A stretch of DNA of 64,000 bases. Source: Cyanophora paradoxa CCMP329. Its lineage: Eukaryota > Plantae > Glaucophyta. Numbering within the stretch: position 1 is the stretch's first letter; each line of letters opens with the position of its first letter. The position numbers and the translations under genes were made by a program. Below the pieces are notes generated by a model that was not told the origin of the DNA, made no database searches, and saw only the letters and a program-made list of their open reading frames with translations. This document shows, piece after piece, positions 11,235 through 23,871 of this stretch. Location: assembly GCA_004431415.1 (NCBI GenBank), contig QPMI01000143.1, positions 179,045 to 243,044 of the forward strand, read 5' to 3'.

Positions 11235-14200
11235 ATGGCAGCGCCAGCGCCAAACGCGGCCCCCGCAGCGTCCGCAGCAGTGGCGAATGCGCAGCAGTGT
11301 GCAGGTGGAGCGCAGCGTCCACGCCCACCGCCCGTCAGCCCAGAGTTGCTGGCGCGTATCAAGGACGGCAGCGTCGCAGCAGGCATCATTGCTGATCGCC
11401 GCATTCCTTGGCAACGTGGAAAGGAGCAGGGTTCGCGCGCTTGCACGTTCGCCGGGCCTGCCCAGCGCCGCTTGCACGTTCGCCGGGCGCTCAAACGGCG
11501 CTGCAGCGCTCGCGCTCATCACCAACCCTTCGGACGGCCTCGTAACATTGGCAACACTCCGCCTTGGAATGGTGCGTTGCATCAACACACGATGCTTCTT
11601 CAATCGCTTTAACTTCGTCAGACCGACCCCATCTCTCACCGGCGCATCCGGGAGCCGGCGCGCACGAGCGCCTGCCGACATGCCACGGTCCGCTTGCTCG
11701 TACTCGAGCCGGATCGGACGCTGACTTCGCTCTTGCTTCAGTGCTTCGACCTGCAGGCGTATCTGGAGAACACGGCCAAGTCCGGGAGATGGTGCGCGGG
11801 GCCAGGAGCGGCGAGCGGCGCCTCCATTTCATGCCTGACGGCGAGCACGAGCAGGATCTGCCCGATGCCCGGCTGCAGCGTCAGTGCGAAGATTGAGGAG
11901 CTGATGGTGGATGAGTACTTCAAATCGATCCTCGACCGCGTCCGCGCCCTCTCCGGCCCCGCGCCCCCGCGCCGCTCAGTCGCGCGCAGTGCCAGGCGGA
12001 CACGGCGGCGGTGGATCTGCTGCCGGACGGGCGGTGCCGGCGGGTGAAGGACGAGCCGGGCGCCGCGCCGGCCCCCCGCGAGGTCATCGCCCTTGACGAC
12101 GACGACGAGGACGAGGGGGGCGGCGAGGGCCGGGCCTCCGGCTCGCGCGAGCCGCCCGCCCGGGCCCCCGCGCCCCCTTCCGGCGGCGGCTCCTCCGCCC
12201 CGGTCCCCTCCGCGCCCGGCCGGGCCTCGGCGTCCCCGCCGGCCGCGGCGTCGACGTCCGAACCGGCGGCCAAGCGGGCCCGCGTGGAGCACACGGCCAC
12301 GCAGGGCGGCGGGCCCTCCGGGGCGCCCCTCCGCACGCCTCCGCCGCCAGCGGCGCGGCGCGGCCCCCGCAGCCGGCCACGGTCCCGCTGCTTCAGACAG
12401 GCACGGGCGTGGCTCTGGCCGCCCCAGCGGGCTCGGCGCCGGCCGTCGCTGTCAGCCCGGCGCCCTTCACAGCTCCGGGCGCGGGGCCGGCCGCCGCGCG
12501 CCCCCGCCGCTCGCGTTTGCCTCGCCCGTCTCCACTCCCGCCGTTCCCCCCGCTCCCGCCCGTCCCGCACCGACCGCCTTCCCCGTACCCGTCGCCGTCG
12601 CCGTTCCAAGCCCTGCGCCGGCCGCTCCCTCCCGTCCCGGCTCAACAGCCCCCGCCGCCCCCGCATCCTCTCTCGCTGCCGGTCCGCCTACCGTGTTCGC
12701 GGCCGCGCCCCTGCCGGCGCAGCCGACGGGGGCGGCGGCGAGGCCGGAGGCGCCGCCCGCGCCCCCCGTGGGGCCCCCGCTCGCCCTCGCGGCGGTGGCG
12801 TCCCCTTCCCCGCCTCCATTGCCGCCACCGTGCCCGCCACGCGCGCCCCGCCCCCGCGCCGCCCGCAACGGTACCCCAGGTGGCCGTCTTTTTCGTCGAC
12901 CCCGCCTCGGTCCTCGCCCCTCCCCGCCCCCTTCCCGCCCCCGCCCCCTCCCCGCTCCCCGCCCCCTTCCCGCCGCCCGGCCCGCCGCGGCCCCGGCGCC
13001 CAAGCCCGCCGCGGCGCCGCCCAAAGCGGGCCGGCAGTCGGCTCCGCCGCCCCTCTTCGTGGCGCAGGCGAAGCCGGCGACCCCGCCGAAGCCCGCCCAT
13101 TCGAAGCCGCCCGCCTCCTCATCGAAGGCGCCGGCCGCTCAGCCGGCGAAGGCCGCGGCGCCCTCGCGCGCGCCCCCGCCGATCTGGACGCCGCCAAAGC
13201 AGCAGCAGCAGCAGACGTCGGCGCCCAGACCCGGGGGCGCCCGCACCTCCTCGTCCTCCGCCCCCTCCCGGGCCGCCTCCTCCTCGTCGACCTCGGCCGC
13301 GGCCCGGAGCCCCCCCGGGCTCTCTTCGGACTCCATCGCGCAGGTCCAGCTGCCCCCTGCCCTCCTGCCCCCCGCCCCCGGCCCCGGCCCCCAGATCACG
13401 ATGGTCCCCACCTTCGACCGCGTCTCGCTGCCCCTGCCGTACCCCGGCTCGGCCCCCCCCGCCGTCTTCGCCCCCGCCCCCGCCCCCCGGCCGCCGAAGT
13501 TTCCTCAGCCGAAGCCAAAGCGGGCGGCGTCGGAGGAGGAGGCGGCCGTCGCGTGGGAGCCAGACGACGGCGACGGCCCCGTGCCCTCGGAGCTGGCGCC
13601 CCTCGTACCCCTGGACGCCCTCCTGAGCCTCGTACCCCCCCACCTCCGCCAGGAGGCCGCGCGCGAAGCGCTCAGCGTCACTGTGGCCCTCCGCTCCCTC
13701 ACCCGCCCCCCGCCCCCCGCCCCCGCGCCCCTCCGGGGCCCCTCCCCCGCCCCGCCCCCGCCCTCCCCGCGCCCCCCGCCGCCCCCGGGCCCCCCAAGCG
13801 GCGCCGCGGTCGGCCGCCGAAGCTGCCCCCCGGGGGGGAGGAGGGAAAGGAGGAGGCACCCCCGGCCAAGGCGCCCCCGGCCAAGCAGGCCCGTAAGTCA
13901 GTCGCGGCGGCGGACGGCGAGGGCGGCGCCCGCAAGTACCCGACCCAGACGCACCGTGCGACCCATGCCCGCCCGCCCGCCTGCCGCCCGTTCCGCCGCC
14001 CGAGCCGCCGCGCAGCGCACGGCGGGCGCGTGCTGGTCGTGCCTGACTCGATGGAGCTCCCCGCGGGGGCCTCCCGCGTCCTCACCGTACCCCGCACCAC
14101 CAAGAAGGACCTCGACACCGACCTGGGGTACAGGGAAGGGCACCTCTTCGAGAGCCGAAGCGTGCGCCGGGCCACGCGCCGCGCCGGCCCCCAGCGGATC

Positions 14201-14978
14201 GGACCCGCCGGCCTCACCCTCGCGCCTCGCGCGCAGGCGCTGAGCACGACGCGGATGCACCGGCCGACCATGGCGGGCATCTGCGGCTCCGGGGAGGAGG
14301 GCGCCGCCTCCATTGTCGTCAACGGGGGGTACGAGAACATCGACGAGGCGCGTACCCCCTCCCCTCGCCCCCCCTTTCTCCCGCTTAGACGGGTGCAGGG
14401 GTACCGCATCGTGTACACGGGCCACGGGGGCCAGGCGGGGGACGGCAAGACCGCCTCGGACCAGAAGTTCGCCGGCGGTGCGTACCCCCGTTCCTACCCC
14501 CGTTCCCCGAATCGCGTACCCCCCGCTGCCGCGTCGGCCTCAAGCTGGGGCAGGCAACATGGCGCTGACGGCGTCGTGGCTAATGGAGATGCCGCTACGC
14601 GTCATCCGCGGGGCCCGGAGCACCGCCCCGGACCGCCCCAAGGAGGGGTACAAGTTCGTCGGCATGTTCCGCGTGGTGCGGCCGTGTACCCCCGCCCCCT
14701 TCCCTCTCCTCCCCCCCGACGGCTCAGCTGAGCGCGAGCGGGCTCAGGTGAAGGCGTGGACGGAGCGGAACGCGGAGGGCCTCCTGCGCTTCAAGTTCGA
14801 GCTCCGCAAGGTCCCCCGGGACGAGGACGGGGCCGCCGGCGCCGCTTCGGACGGGAGCTCCAGCGGGGGGAAGAAGCGGAAGCGGGAGGGGGAGGGGGAG
14901 GAGGAGGACGGGGGCGCGGGCGACCCGGAAGAGGGCCCCGGAGGGGACGGGGACGCCTCGGACCCGTCTGTCGGCTAG
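11235..14978 (+). CDS. SP-RING (MIZ) zinc finger + Pro/Ala linker + AT-hook + SRA/YDG domain protein (spliced)
   Basis: Spliced TDPISHRRIREPARTSACRHATCFDLQAYLENTAKSGRWICPMPGC..LMVDEYFKSIL matches SP-RING. KRRRGRPPK is an AT-hook. MHRPTMAGICG..AASIVVNGGYE..IVYTGHGG..DQKF..GNMAL..PLRVIRG..YKFVGMFRV..FKFELRK matches SRA. Confidence 0.8.
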
Positions 14979-15063
14979 CCCAGGCCAGGCTAGCGCCTCG
15001 AGGCCGCCCGCCCATTGTTTCCTTCAAATTCGAACGAAACGGCCGATCTAGAGCGGATCGGAG

Positions 15064-16628
15064 CTAGCCGACGATGGTGGGGGGCTCGTAGGGCGCCAGC
15101 GGGGCCTTGAGGGGCGCCGGGCGGCGGAAGAGCGTGAAGCCCATGCGCCCCTGCTCGCCCAGGCGGACGGCGTCGTAGTCGCCCTTGCGCGCCGTCTCGA
15201 TGTTGAGGCGCTTGATCGGCCCGAAGTCCGGCAGCTTGTCGTCGTACCGGTTCAGGTTGTTGTGCAGCACGAAGTAGCCCCCCTCCTTCAGGTGCCCGCC
15301 CACGAACCTGGGGGGGTACGCGTCGCAACGCGCGTGCGGGGGGTACGGCGCGGGGCGCGGGCGGATCGGACTTGGCGATGAGGTCCTTGGCGCAGAGGTA
15401 GCAGTTGTCGCCGTCGATGACGATCAGGTCCGCCTGCCGGGAGGGGGTACGCAGTTCAGGGAGGGGCTAGGGCGATTCTCAGTGACAAGGGAAGCGAGCC
15501 TGCACGCCGGCGAACTGCTTCGTTTCCTCGGGCCGCTCCCAAAGCAGCTGCGCGACGCAGACTCGGCCAGGGGAAGACAGAGGAGGGCTGGGGGGAGCTA
15601 GGAGGGGGGGGACGCTGCGTCTCACCTGAGCATAGCTGGAGAGGCCCGCCTGCTCCAGGTAGGGCGTCGGCTGCGGGTGGGGAGATTCAGCGATTTCGGG
15701 GGCAGAGGCGGGAGGGTGGTACGCGCATCGGCGCCGAGCATGTCGACGGAGAAGACCTTGAAGAAGGGGAAGGGCGGCGGGGGGCCGAAGACCCCCGCCT
15801 CGCTCGTCGCGTTGTACCCTGCCCGGCGCGTGAGGGGACGGAGGGGAGGGGGGTACAGGGGAGGCGAGGGGTACCGGAGAGGAGCTGGAGGCCGGCGGCG
15901 ATCGCGACGGTGCTGTAGGCCGAGTAGCGGCCGACCTCGATGACCTGGCCGGCGGGGCGGGGTCGGGCGGGGCGGAGCCTCGGAGAGGGCGCCCGGCGGG
16001 AGGCGGAGCGGGCGCACGACGCGCGGCTGCGTGGCGACGACGAGCGAGAAGAGCGTCATCGCCGCGTGCGCCCCGGACGCCTCCTCGAGGCTCTCCGGCG
16101 GGGGCCACGGGATGCTCTGCGCCCGGGCTCGGCTTCGGGCCCCGGGCGAGGGCGCGGCGCCGGACCTGCAGCACTTGCATGAACTTCCCGTGGAAATGCG
16201 CCTCCTCCGCCGCGCGGAGGCCCTGCTGTGGCATCTTGGGATCCTGCGCGGCCTTGACCGCCGCCTTGCCCGCGGGCGCCCCCGACGCGGCATCGTCCAG
16301 CACGCGCTTGTCGCACTTCTTCTTGCAGTACGACAGCGTGAAGTGGAGCAGGTCCTGCGCAAGCCGTTCGCCCGCAGGGGCGCGTTGCGGCGTGGCCCGG
16401 GGCACCTTGCGAGCGTCTACTGGCGCCGTTGTTGCTCCTAGCTCGGTCAAGCACTGCGATCGGCACGCATGGACCTGCGTGTACAGCTCTGGCGGCGGAG
16501 CGCGGAGGACGAGTTAGCTACGGAAGGCCCCTGCGAGAACAGGCGAGCGACGCGTGCTCACGTTGCGTTTCGGAGGCTGCCGCCAGCGCAAGCAGCGCCA
16601 GCGCCAGCAGGAGCCCGAGCCGCCGCAT
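15064..16628 (-). CDS. Class I SAM-dependent methyltransferase (Methyltransf_24-like) with N-terminal signal peptide (spliced)
   Basis: MRRLGLLLALALLALAAA N-terminus; motifs VIEVGRYSAYST, VFSVD, DLIVIDGD and HLKEGGYFVLHN. Confidence 0.7.
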
Positions 16629-16875
16629 CGCTCGAATTCACGCTGTATCCCCCCCGCAGCACACAATTTGGTGCCTGGCACGTCCTGGCGCGGGACGGGC
16701 GCCCCGGCGACATCACTGCAGCAGCATCGTTCGTCCTCGCACGCCCCCCCGCCAATTCGTCCGAAAGCCGTGCAAACGCGAGCGCGGCGCTTCGGCTGCC
16801 CGGCGCCGGAGGAGCTGGCATTGTCTGGCAACAACCAGTTGGCGGCAGACGCGTTGTCCGGGCGTCCCCAGCCAG

Positions 16876-19281
16876 ATGACCCCTGTCGAGCAGAACGAGC
16901 GCGCGAAAAGGCGGCGCACGCCGCCGCCAGAAGCGCCACACGTAGATGCCTTGGATGAGAATATCTGCGGAATCTGCATCGAAGTCGCGTGCGAACCTAT
17001 CAAGACGGTCAGCCCGCCCTGTGAGACGCCGCCTCGGCGCGCCTGACCCACGTGCGCATGCGCTGTGCGCAGCCCTGCGCTCATCTCTTCGACGCCTTCT
17101 GCTTGGACCAGTGGCTCGAGCGTTCACGGGGGCAGCGAACGACGTGCCCCGCGTGCCGGGCGGGGATCCCCTCGGAGGTCCCCGAGGTCGACGAGGCGCT
17201 GCGCGCGCTGATCCAGGCGAGGCACGGCGCCGAATACGAGGCCGCCAAGCAGGAGATCGACAAGGTTCGTTCCTTCTCGGGCAGCGCTCCCCCCTGCCCT
17301 CCGACGTTCTTCGCAGCGGCGCAAAGCGTCCCAGGAGCGCGCGCTGGCCTTCGTGTCATCCCCTTGCTCCCGCCACGCCGATTCGATCATGCGGCTTTCA
17401 TCCGAGGGCCTCTTGACGGCGACCGACGTGGAGGCTGCGCTCCTCGCTTTCCCGCGCCGCTCGTGGATCCCGCCCATCGACGCCGCGGAGATGAGCGACG
17501 AGGAGATCTACGATGGTGGGCTCCAGCTTTCCGCCCCGTTCCCTCACCTCCCGCGCGCACTCACGCCCCCTGGTGCAGGCACGGCGACGCCGCTGGCGAG
17601 CCTCGTGCTGCCCTCGGAGCGCCGCGCGCCGGCGCTCTCGTGCTCGGGGACGCACGGGATCCTCCTGGAGGCGGCGCGCATCCGCCCGGGCAGCCGCGTC
17701 CTCGAGGTCGGCTGCGGCCTCGGGCTCCTCTCGGCGGCCGCCGCGCTTCTCGCTGGGCCGGCGGGGCGCGTCGAGGGCGTCGACTCGGACTCGCGCATGG
17801 CGCGAGCCGCGTCGGAGGCCGCCCGCCGCAACGCCGCCGCCTTCGAGGCCGCCGGCGTGCCGGCCCCGACCTTCCGCTCCGCCAGCCTCGAGTCTCTGGA
17901 GGCCGGGTGCGCGCGCGCGGCGCCCTCCGCGGTCGGGTCGAGGCGCGCGCGCGCCGCGCCTCTCACGCCGCGCCGCGCCGCGCAGGGGGTACGACGTCGT
18001 GATCGCGGACGAGCCGGCGCCGCCGGGGTACGAGTGGACGCTCTGCCGGCTGCTGCGGCCCGGGGGCGCCCTCGTGGCGCCGCTCCGCGGGGCCCTCGTC
18101 CGCCTGGAGAAGCCGGCGGGGCCCGGCGGGGGCCCCTGCGCCGCGCGGCCGCTCGCCTCGGTGCAGGTCATCGGCGACGGGTCCCTCCGTCCGCCGCCCC
18201 TGCCCCGCGGCGCCGACGCCTGGCTCGCCTGCGCCGCCTGCGGCGAACGCCTTTGCGCGGTCGACGACGTCTCGTGCGCTCGCCCGCTTCTGGGGTGCAT
18301 CCCGCGGCCCTCTCACGCCCTTGCTCTCGCCCGCAGCCCCGGGCGGGCGACCGCCGGCCGCCCCCGGCCCTGGATGCCCGACGGAGACGTGCTCTGCCTC
18401 GGGCCGGCGCAGGAGGGCGAGGCGGAGGCGGGCCCCAGCTGGTCCGGCGCCCGGCCCCTCGCCCGGGGGCCCTTCTGCCCCTCCCCGCCCTCCCGCCTCC
18501 TCCACTGCCCCTCCTGCGACGTCCTGCTGGGCCGGGAGCTCGTGGCCCCGCCGGGCACCGACCCGGCGGGCCCGCTGTACCCCCGGCACTACGTCAGCGC
18601 CGCCTACGTGCGGGCGGTGGACGGGGCGGGGCGGCCGCTGCGGGCGGCGGCGGCGGCGTGCTGCGGGGCCTGCGGGGCGCACGTGGCCGACGGGGACGGC
18701 CTCCTCTCCTCCGAGCACTGCTGGTCCCTCGACGACGAGGGGCCCGAGCAGGCGCGCCCCCTTCCCTCCCACCCGCCCCTCCCCTCTGACCGCCCGGCCC
18801 CAGGCCGGCTACTTCTGCGGGGTGCGCGCGGGGGCGGCGGCGGAGGTGAACGAGCGGGTGGAGCGGCTCGCGCAGGGCGTCATGCGCGTCGCCGACGTCT
18901 CCTGCGCCGCCTGCGCCGCCCCGCTCGGCTGGCGCTTCCTCCGGGTCCGCCACCTCGCTGAGCCAAGCGAAGCCGCCCTTTCTGAGCTCTGGGCGCCCGC
19001 AGAGCAACCGGCCGGCGGGGGCGCCGCTGGGGACGGGGCGGGCGGCGCTCGTCCTGCGCGCGCAGGAGGGCCGCTACGGGCTCGTCTTCTCCCGCCTCCG
19101 CTTCTCCGGCTCCTGCCGCTGCGCCGAGCCCGAGGCCCCACCGGCCGGGGCCGAACCGGCGGCGGCGGAGGCGCCGCAGGCGGCGGCCGGCCCCGAGGCG
19201 CCGGCGGGAGACGAAGCGCCGGGCGGCGCGGGGCGGCGGGGGGCGGCCGAGGCCGAGGCCGCCGCGCCCGTCGAGGCCTAG
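16876..19281 (+). CDS. RING finger + PCMT-like methyltransferase + two Yippee-like zinc domains (spliced)
   Basis: RING: CGICIE..PCAHLFDAFCLDQW..CPACR. PCMT-like: VEAALLAFPRRSWIP..IRPGSRVLEVGCGLG..GRVEGVD..YDVVI..LRPGGALVAP. Yippee: CGACGAHVA..ERLAQGVMRVADVSCAACAAPLGWRF..EGRYGL, plus a second CxxC..CxxC unit upstream. Confidence 0.75.
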
Positions 19282-19624
19282 GCGCAGGTGGCGCACGTGT
19301 AACTTTGTTGTGCGAGGACACCGCGCCCGCCTAGCTTGCGGCACCTGTGCAACGCTAGCATCCTGTAAATTGTGTACAGTATCGCGCCCTCCCTCGGGGG
19401 CTCGAGCTTCCAGCTCGATGTAAATCTAAGCTTCGAATTCGAATCTGAGTGCAGCTGAGTGCAGCCGCCCGCTGCCACCAACCCCGCCTAGCGCTCGTCG
19501 ACGCGGCGCGGCGGTTCGGAATTCTGATAAATATGATCGATGTCGAGGGAGCGGGGGCTGGGGCAAGGGGACCAAGGCAGCGGGGGAGAGGGAGGGTGGC
19601 GTCGCCTGGGATCTCGCATCGAAT

Positions 19625-20734
19625 TCACGTCCACATGATGAGGAGAAGCAAAACGAAGACGATGAGGCACAGGATGGCGATGGTGCAGACGCGGCCCCGC
19701 CCCTCCGTCTTCACCAGCTGGTCCAGCTTCCCGCTCACGAACTTCAGCCGGCTCCTCGCCTGCGAAGGAAGCGCGGCCGGCCGCTCAGGTGCGGGCGGGG
19801 CGGGGCGACGCGGCGGGCCGAGCGCGCACCTGGTCGGCCCCGTCGTTGAGCTCGTCGAGCAGGCGGGCCTCGGCCACGACCTGCGCGGCCGCTCAGCGGG
19901 GCGGGAGCGAGCGACGGCATGTTCAGAGCGCGCGCGCCTTGTCGCCGATGTGGATGCCGATCTGGTGTATCCTCTGCACGCCCGCGTGCAGCTCGTCCAG
20001 CTGCTCGTCCGTCTGGCGCTCCAGCATCTCCTGCGCCCGCCCGCCGCTCGGCTCGCGATCGGCGCGAAGCGAAGGAAAATTTCACAGAGCGCGCGGTGCA
20101 CCTGCATGAGGCCCGGCCCGCCCGGCCCCTCCTTGCTGATCCCGGCGGTTGCAATCGTCCTGTTGGGCTTCGCGGAGCCAAGGAGCGCTTCCCGCGGGGC
20201 CGGCGTCGCCCGCGGAACGAGCCTCCTGCGGAACTCGTCCAGCGTGCGCCTGTGTGCGGCTCTCTCGCCCGCAGCGGCGCGGAGAACGAGGCCTACGGGC
20301 GGCGCGGACCGCGTTGAATCGACGAACTCGCGGCGCTTCGTGATCTCTGCCGTGTCAACTTTCCAAGTAATCCTGTCGGTTTCTATCATCGTCACCGTCT
20401 CGCTCAGATCCATCACGAGCTGCTCGATGGCCGTGCACTCCTGCGCCGGCACGGTTCATGCGCCGAGACCGCGGTCCTCCGCAATGCGCGCGGCGGGAGA
20501 GCGCTCGCCTGCATGATGTCGCTCTTGAGTCGGGCCTGCTCGTCGCTGTCCTGCGGTAGCTTGCCCCACCTTTCCACGTCTGTACGAACTCTCCGCATGC
20601 TCTCCCGGATCTCATCGCTCGCTGCGGCGGCGCAGCAAAGTCAAATCCACGCACGATGCGCGATGCGCTCGGCGCCTCTGGAGCTACGAAGCGCGGCGCG
20701 CACCCACGTAGAAGGGGTCGTCCCTCGGAGGCAT
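19625..20734 (-). CDS. STX6: Syntaxin-6/Tlg1/SYP6-type Qc-SNARE (spliced)
   Basis: N-terminal DDPFY, DLSETV..EITKRREFV, SNARE coil QTDEQLDELHAGVQRI..LLDEL, and a C-terminal TM helix. Confidence 0.85.
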
Positions 20735-21040
20735 TCAGAATGGCTCCTACTGACTTCTCGTGTGCTTTATGAGCGTCCTCAGTCAGCAGCGGGGCCGGGC
20801 GGAGGCGTGGGCCCGTTGTTTGGGGGTACACTTCTTCACTGATTCTAAAGAACCAGACTCGCCGCGGGATCGCCTCCCCGGCGCTCAACATGCTCTCTCA
20901 ACAGCAACAAAGAAGCTGAGCCCGGGACCGCATCAGGTGAAAACACGATCTCTGACTCTCGTCAGCCCGTCTCCGCTTCTGACGGATCTGACGGACGTCG
21001 GGACAGGCCCAGCGCGCTTGCCCTCGCTCTATTCGACATC

Positions 21041-23302
21041 ATGGGCCTATCTACGAGCCCGACGTGGGGCGCGCCTCACTCTTTGAAACACGTACACAAC
21101 AACATCAATCTCATCCTCGGCGGCCTTTGCGCCACCACGTGTGTCTCTGGCGCGTTCTACCTATCAATCCTCGTCCGTCACACTCTCCTTTCGTCTGCTG
21201 GTGAGTGGGCAGGAGCCTCTCGGGTCGTGGCCCTTCGCTGTCGCAGATCAGTGATGCGAGAGGGCCCGCGCAGGCACGTTCGTATGCACATGTGCTTCCA
21301 TCTTGTGCGTTTCGGAGATCCTGTCATTCATCTGGACCGTCTCGTGCCAGGCGCGCCGCGACCCTCGCTTATCTTATCCTCGGCCCTTCGGCGGCTGACG
21401 GCTCTCGCGGTCCAGGTTGAGCTCATCCGGCCCATCCGCCGGCCGACGCTCTCCTTCTCGAAGCTTGCGGAGGCGAAGCTCGTGCCGGCCTACCCGATGG
21501 TCGCTGTTCTTATTCCGACGTGCGGCGAGGCGCTGGAGGTGCGAGCGCGCGCGGCGCGCGCGGCGCGCGGGGGCCTCGGCGAGCCTCGCCGAGCCTCGCC
21601 ACGCCCGCAGGTCGTTCGTAGCACCTTCGTCGCGGCGATGGGCATCCGCTACCCGCCGGACAGGCTCCGCGTCTGCCTCCTCGACGACGGCGCCAGCGCG
21701 GAAAAACAGGCCCTCGTCGCCATGTGCGACCTCCCGGGCTCGCCCGCGGCCGTCTACCTCTCCCGGCCCGCCGCGCACCGCGCCGCGCACCCCGCCAAGG
21801 TGCGGCCGAAACAGCGCCGGCGCCGGCGCCCGCGCGGCTCTGACGCGCGCGCGGGGCAGGCGGGGAACATCAACCACGCGCTGGCGTCCCCCGCGTGCGC
21901 GGACGCGGAGTTCTTCGCCGTGCTGGACGCAGACATGTGCGCCGAGCCGGGCTTCCTCGACGCCCTCCTCCCGCACTTCTACCGCCGCCCCGCCGGCGGC
22001 AAGGGGCCCCTGGAGGCCAGCGGCGCCGCGTACGTGCAGTCCCCGCAGGCCTTCGGCAACCTGCCCGAGTCCGACCCGCTCGGGCACGCCATGGGCTTTT
22101 TCTACACGGTGCCGTACCCCCCCCTCCCCCCCCCCTCGCGCTCATCCCGGTAACCCGCTCACGCTCACGCCGCTGCGGCAGGCGGGGGTGTTCTCGCGGG
22201 ACGGCTGGGGCTCGACGCCCAACTGCGGGACGAACCTCGTGATGCGGACGGCCGCCGTGCGGGCCATCGGCGGCTTCCAGTACGGCCTCTGCGAGGACCT
22301 CGCCACGGCCGTCGCCCTCCAGCGCGCCGGCTTCGGCTCGGCCTACTGCCCGCAGGCTCTCGCCCGCGGCCTGGCGCCGCCCGACCTGCCGGCCACGCTC
22401 GTGCAGCGCTCCCGCTGGTCGGCGGGGGCCTTCCAGGTCCTCTTCAGCGGCCTCCTCTCCCCGGGCTCCGGCCTCCCGCTCCGCCACCGCGTCTTCTACC
22501 TCAACTACATCGCCAGCTTCCTCTACAGGCGCGCTGCCTGAACTGTTGTTGATTGGCGCGGATCGTTGATTGTTGTTGTGCCCGCGCAGCTTCCTCGTCC
22601 CGGTGTACCTCGCCCTGCCGCTCGTGTACGCGGCGACGGGCCGCTGGCCCCTGCCGGCCGCCCTCGGGCCCGCCTTCGCAGCGCGGCGCCTGGCGCCCTA
22701 CCTCGCGGCCCACTGGGCGTTCCTGCTGGCGGCCTCGGCGAACGCGGGGTGCGGCCTGGTGCAGCTCTGGCGGGAGCGGCAGCGCCTCGCGTGCTTCTTC
22801 CCCGTCTACCTCGCCTCGTTCGCCCGCGCCGCCGCCGAGCGGCTGCTCCCGGGCCGCCGCCTCCCCTTCGTCGTGACCGGCGCCGCGGGGCCGGGGCGGG
22901 GCTTCGGGGAGGAGCCGGCGCTGGCCCGCCTCGCGCCCGTCGCCCCGCAGGCCGCCGCCTTCGCCGCCTGCGCCGCCGGCGCCCTCGCCCTAGCCGCCCG
23001 CCTCGCCTCCGGGGCGGATGCCCTCGGCTCCCCGGAGGGCGGCCGGGCGGCCCTCGCCCTCATCGGCCTCGTGCGCGCCGTGCCGTACCCCGGCCCCGGC
23101 CCCGCCGTACCCCCTTTGACGCGCGTACCCCCCGCAGCTCTACGCGATGCCGTTCTTCGCGAACGTGCTCTCGGCGGCCCTGTGGGGCGTGCCCCCGGCC
23201 GGCTCGCCGGAGCCGCGGCGGCCCCCGGCCGCCGTCCTCCTCCCGGCGCTCACGTGCGGGGCCCTCTGGGCCCTCGCCAGGGTTTCGGGCGCCGGGTTCT
23301 AG
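21041..23302 (+). CDS. Processive GT2 glycosyltransferase, BcsA/cellulose-synthase-like (spliced)
   Basis: Motifs VLIPTCGE, LLDDG, KAGNINHAL, LDAD, VQSPQAF, CGTN, ED and QRSRW (D,D,D,QxxRW), flanked by TM helices. Confidence 0.9.
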
Positions 23303-23631
23303 CGCCGGCTCTACTTTTCCGGCTGCGCTAGTCGACTTAGTTTTCAGTTTCAGTTAGGTGTAGGGGATTGGGGTGGGAATGGGTGGGATGGTGGGATGGA
23401 GTGGGATGGGGGTGTTCGCGTTTTCCAGGGATGTGCATGTCTCTGGGTTTTAGGGTACGGGGTGTGGAATTTTCCTTTCAACGGCGCGTCGCCGGCCACA
23501 TAACAGATTTAGCTTTCTCCATGTTGCCCGCCACCGCGTTCCGGTGGCCCTTTTTGGTGCCTCGAGTACGTTTTTGTCAGCTTTCAAGGGGTCCTGTTCA
23601 GTTTGGTAGCGGGTTGTTGCGTCGCAGTATC

Positions 23632-23871
23632 CGGTAGCGATGTAGGGGCTTGGTGCGGACGTCGACGACGGTCCGGCAGCAGCACTAGTGCAGTTCTGCT
23701 GCGGGCACTCGATCGTTGCAGATTTTGGTAGATGCATCCAATTTCAAACCAGGGAGAGATTGATTGACGCCTGGCCCTCCGGATCCGGCCAGCGATCGCG
23801 ATGCATGCATGCGCACCGCCGACGTCGACCCTTGCCGTGCGAGTGCCCCCGGCCCGGGGGCCCCGCGCGGC
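23632..23871. repeat. Dispersed degenerate repeat, copy A (homologous to ~27264-27520)
   Basis: Shared blocks ccggtagcgatg, gcactagtgcagttct, gctgcgggcactcgatcg, atgcatccaatttcaaaccagggagag and atgcatgcatgcgcaccgcc. Confidence 0.85.
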
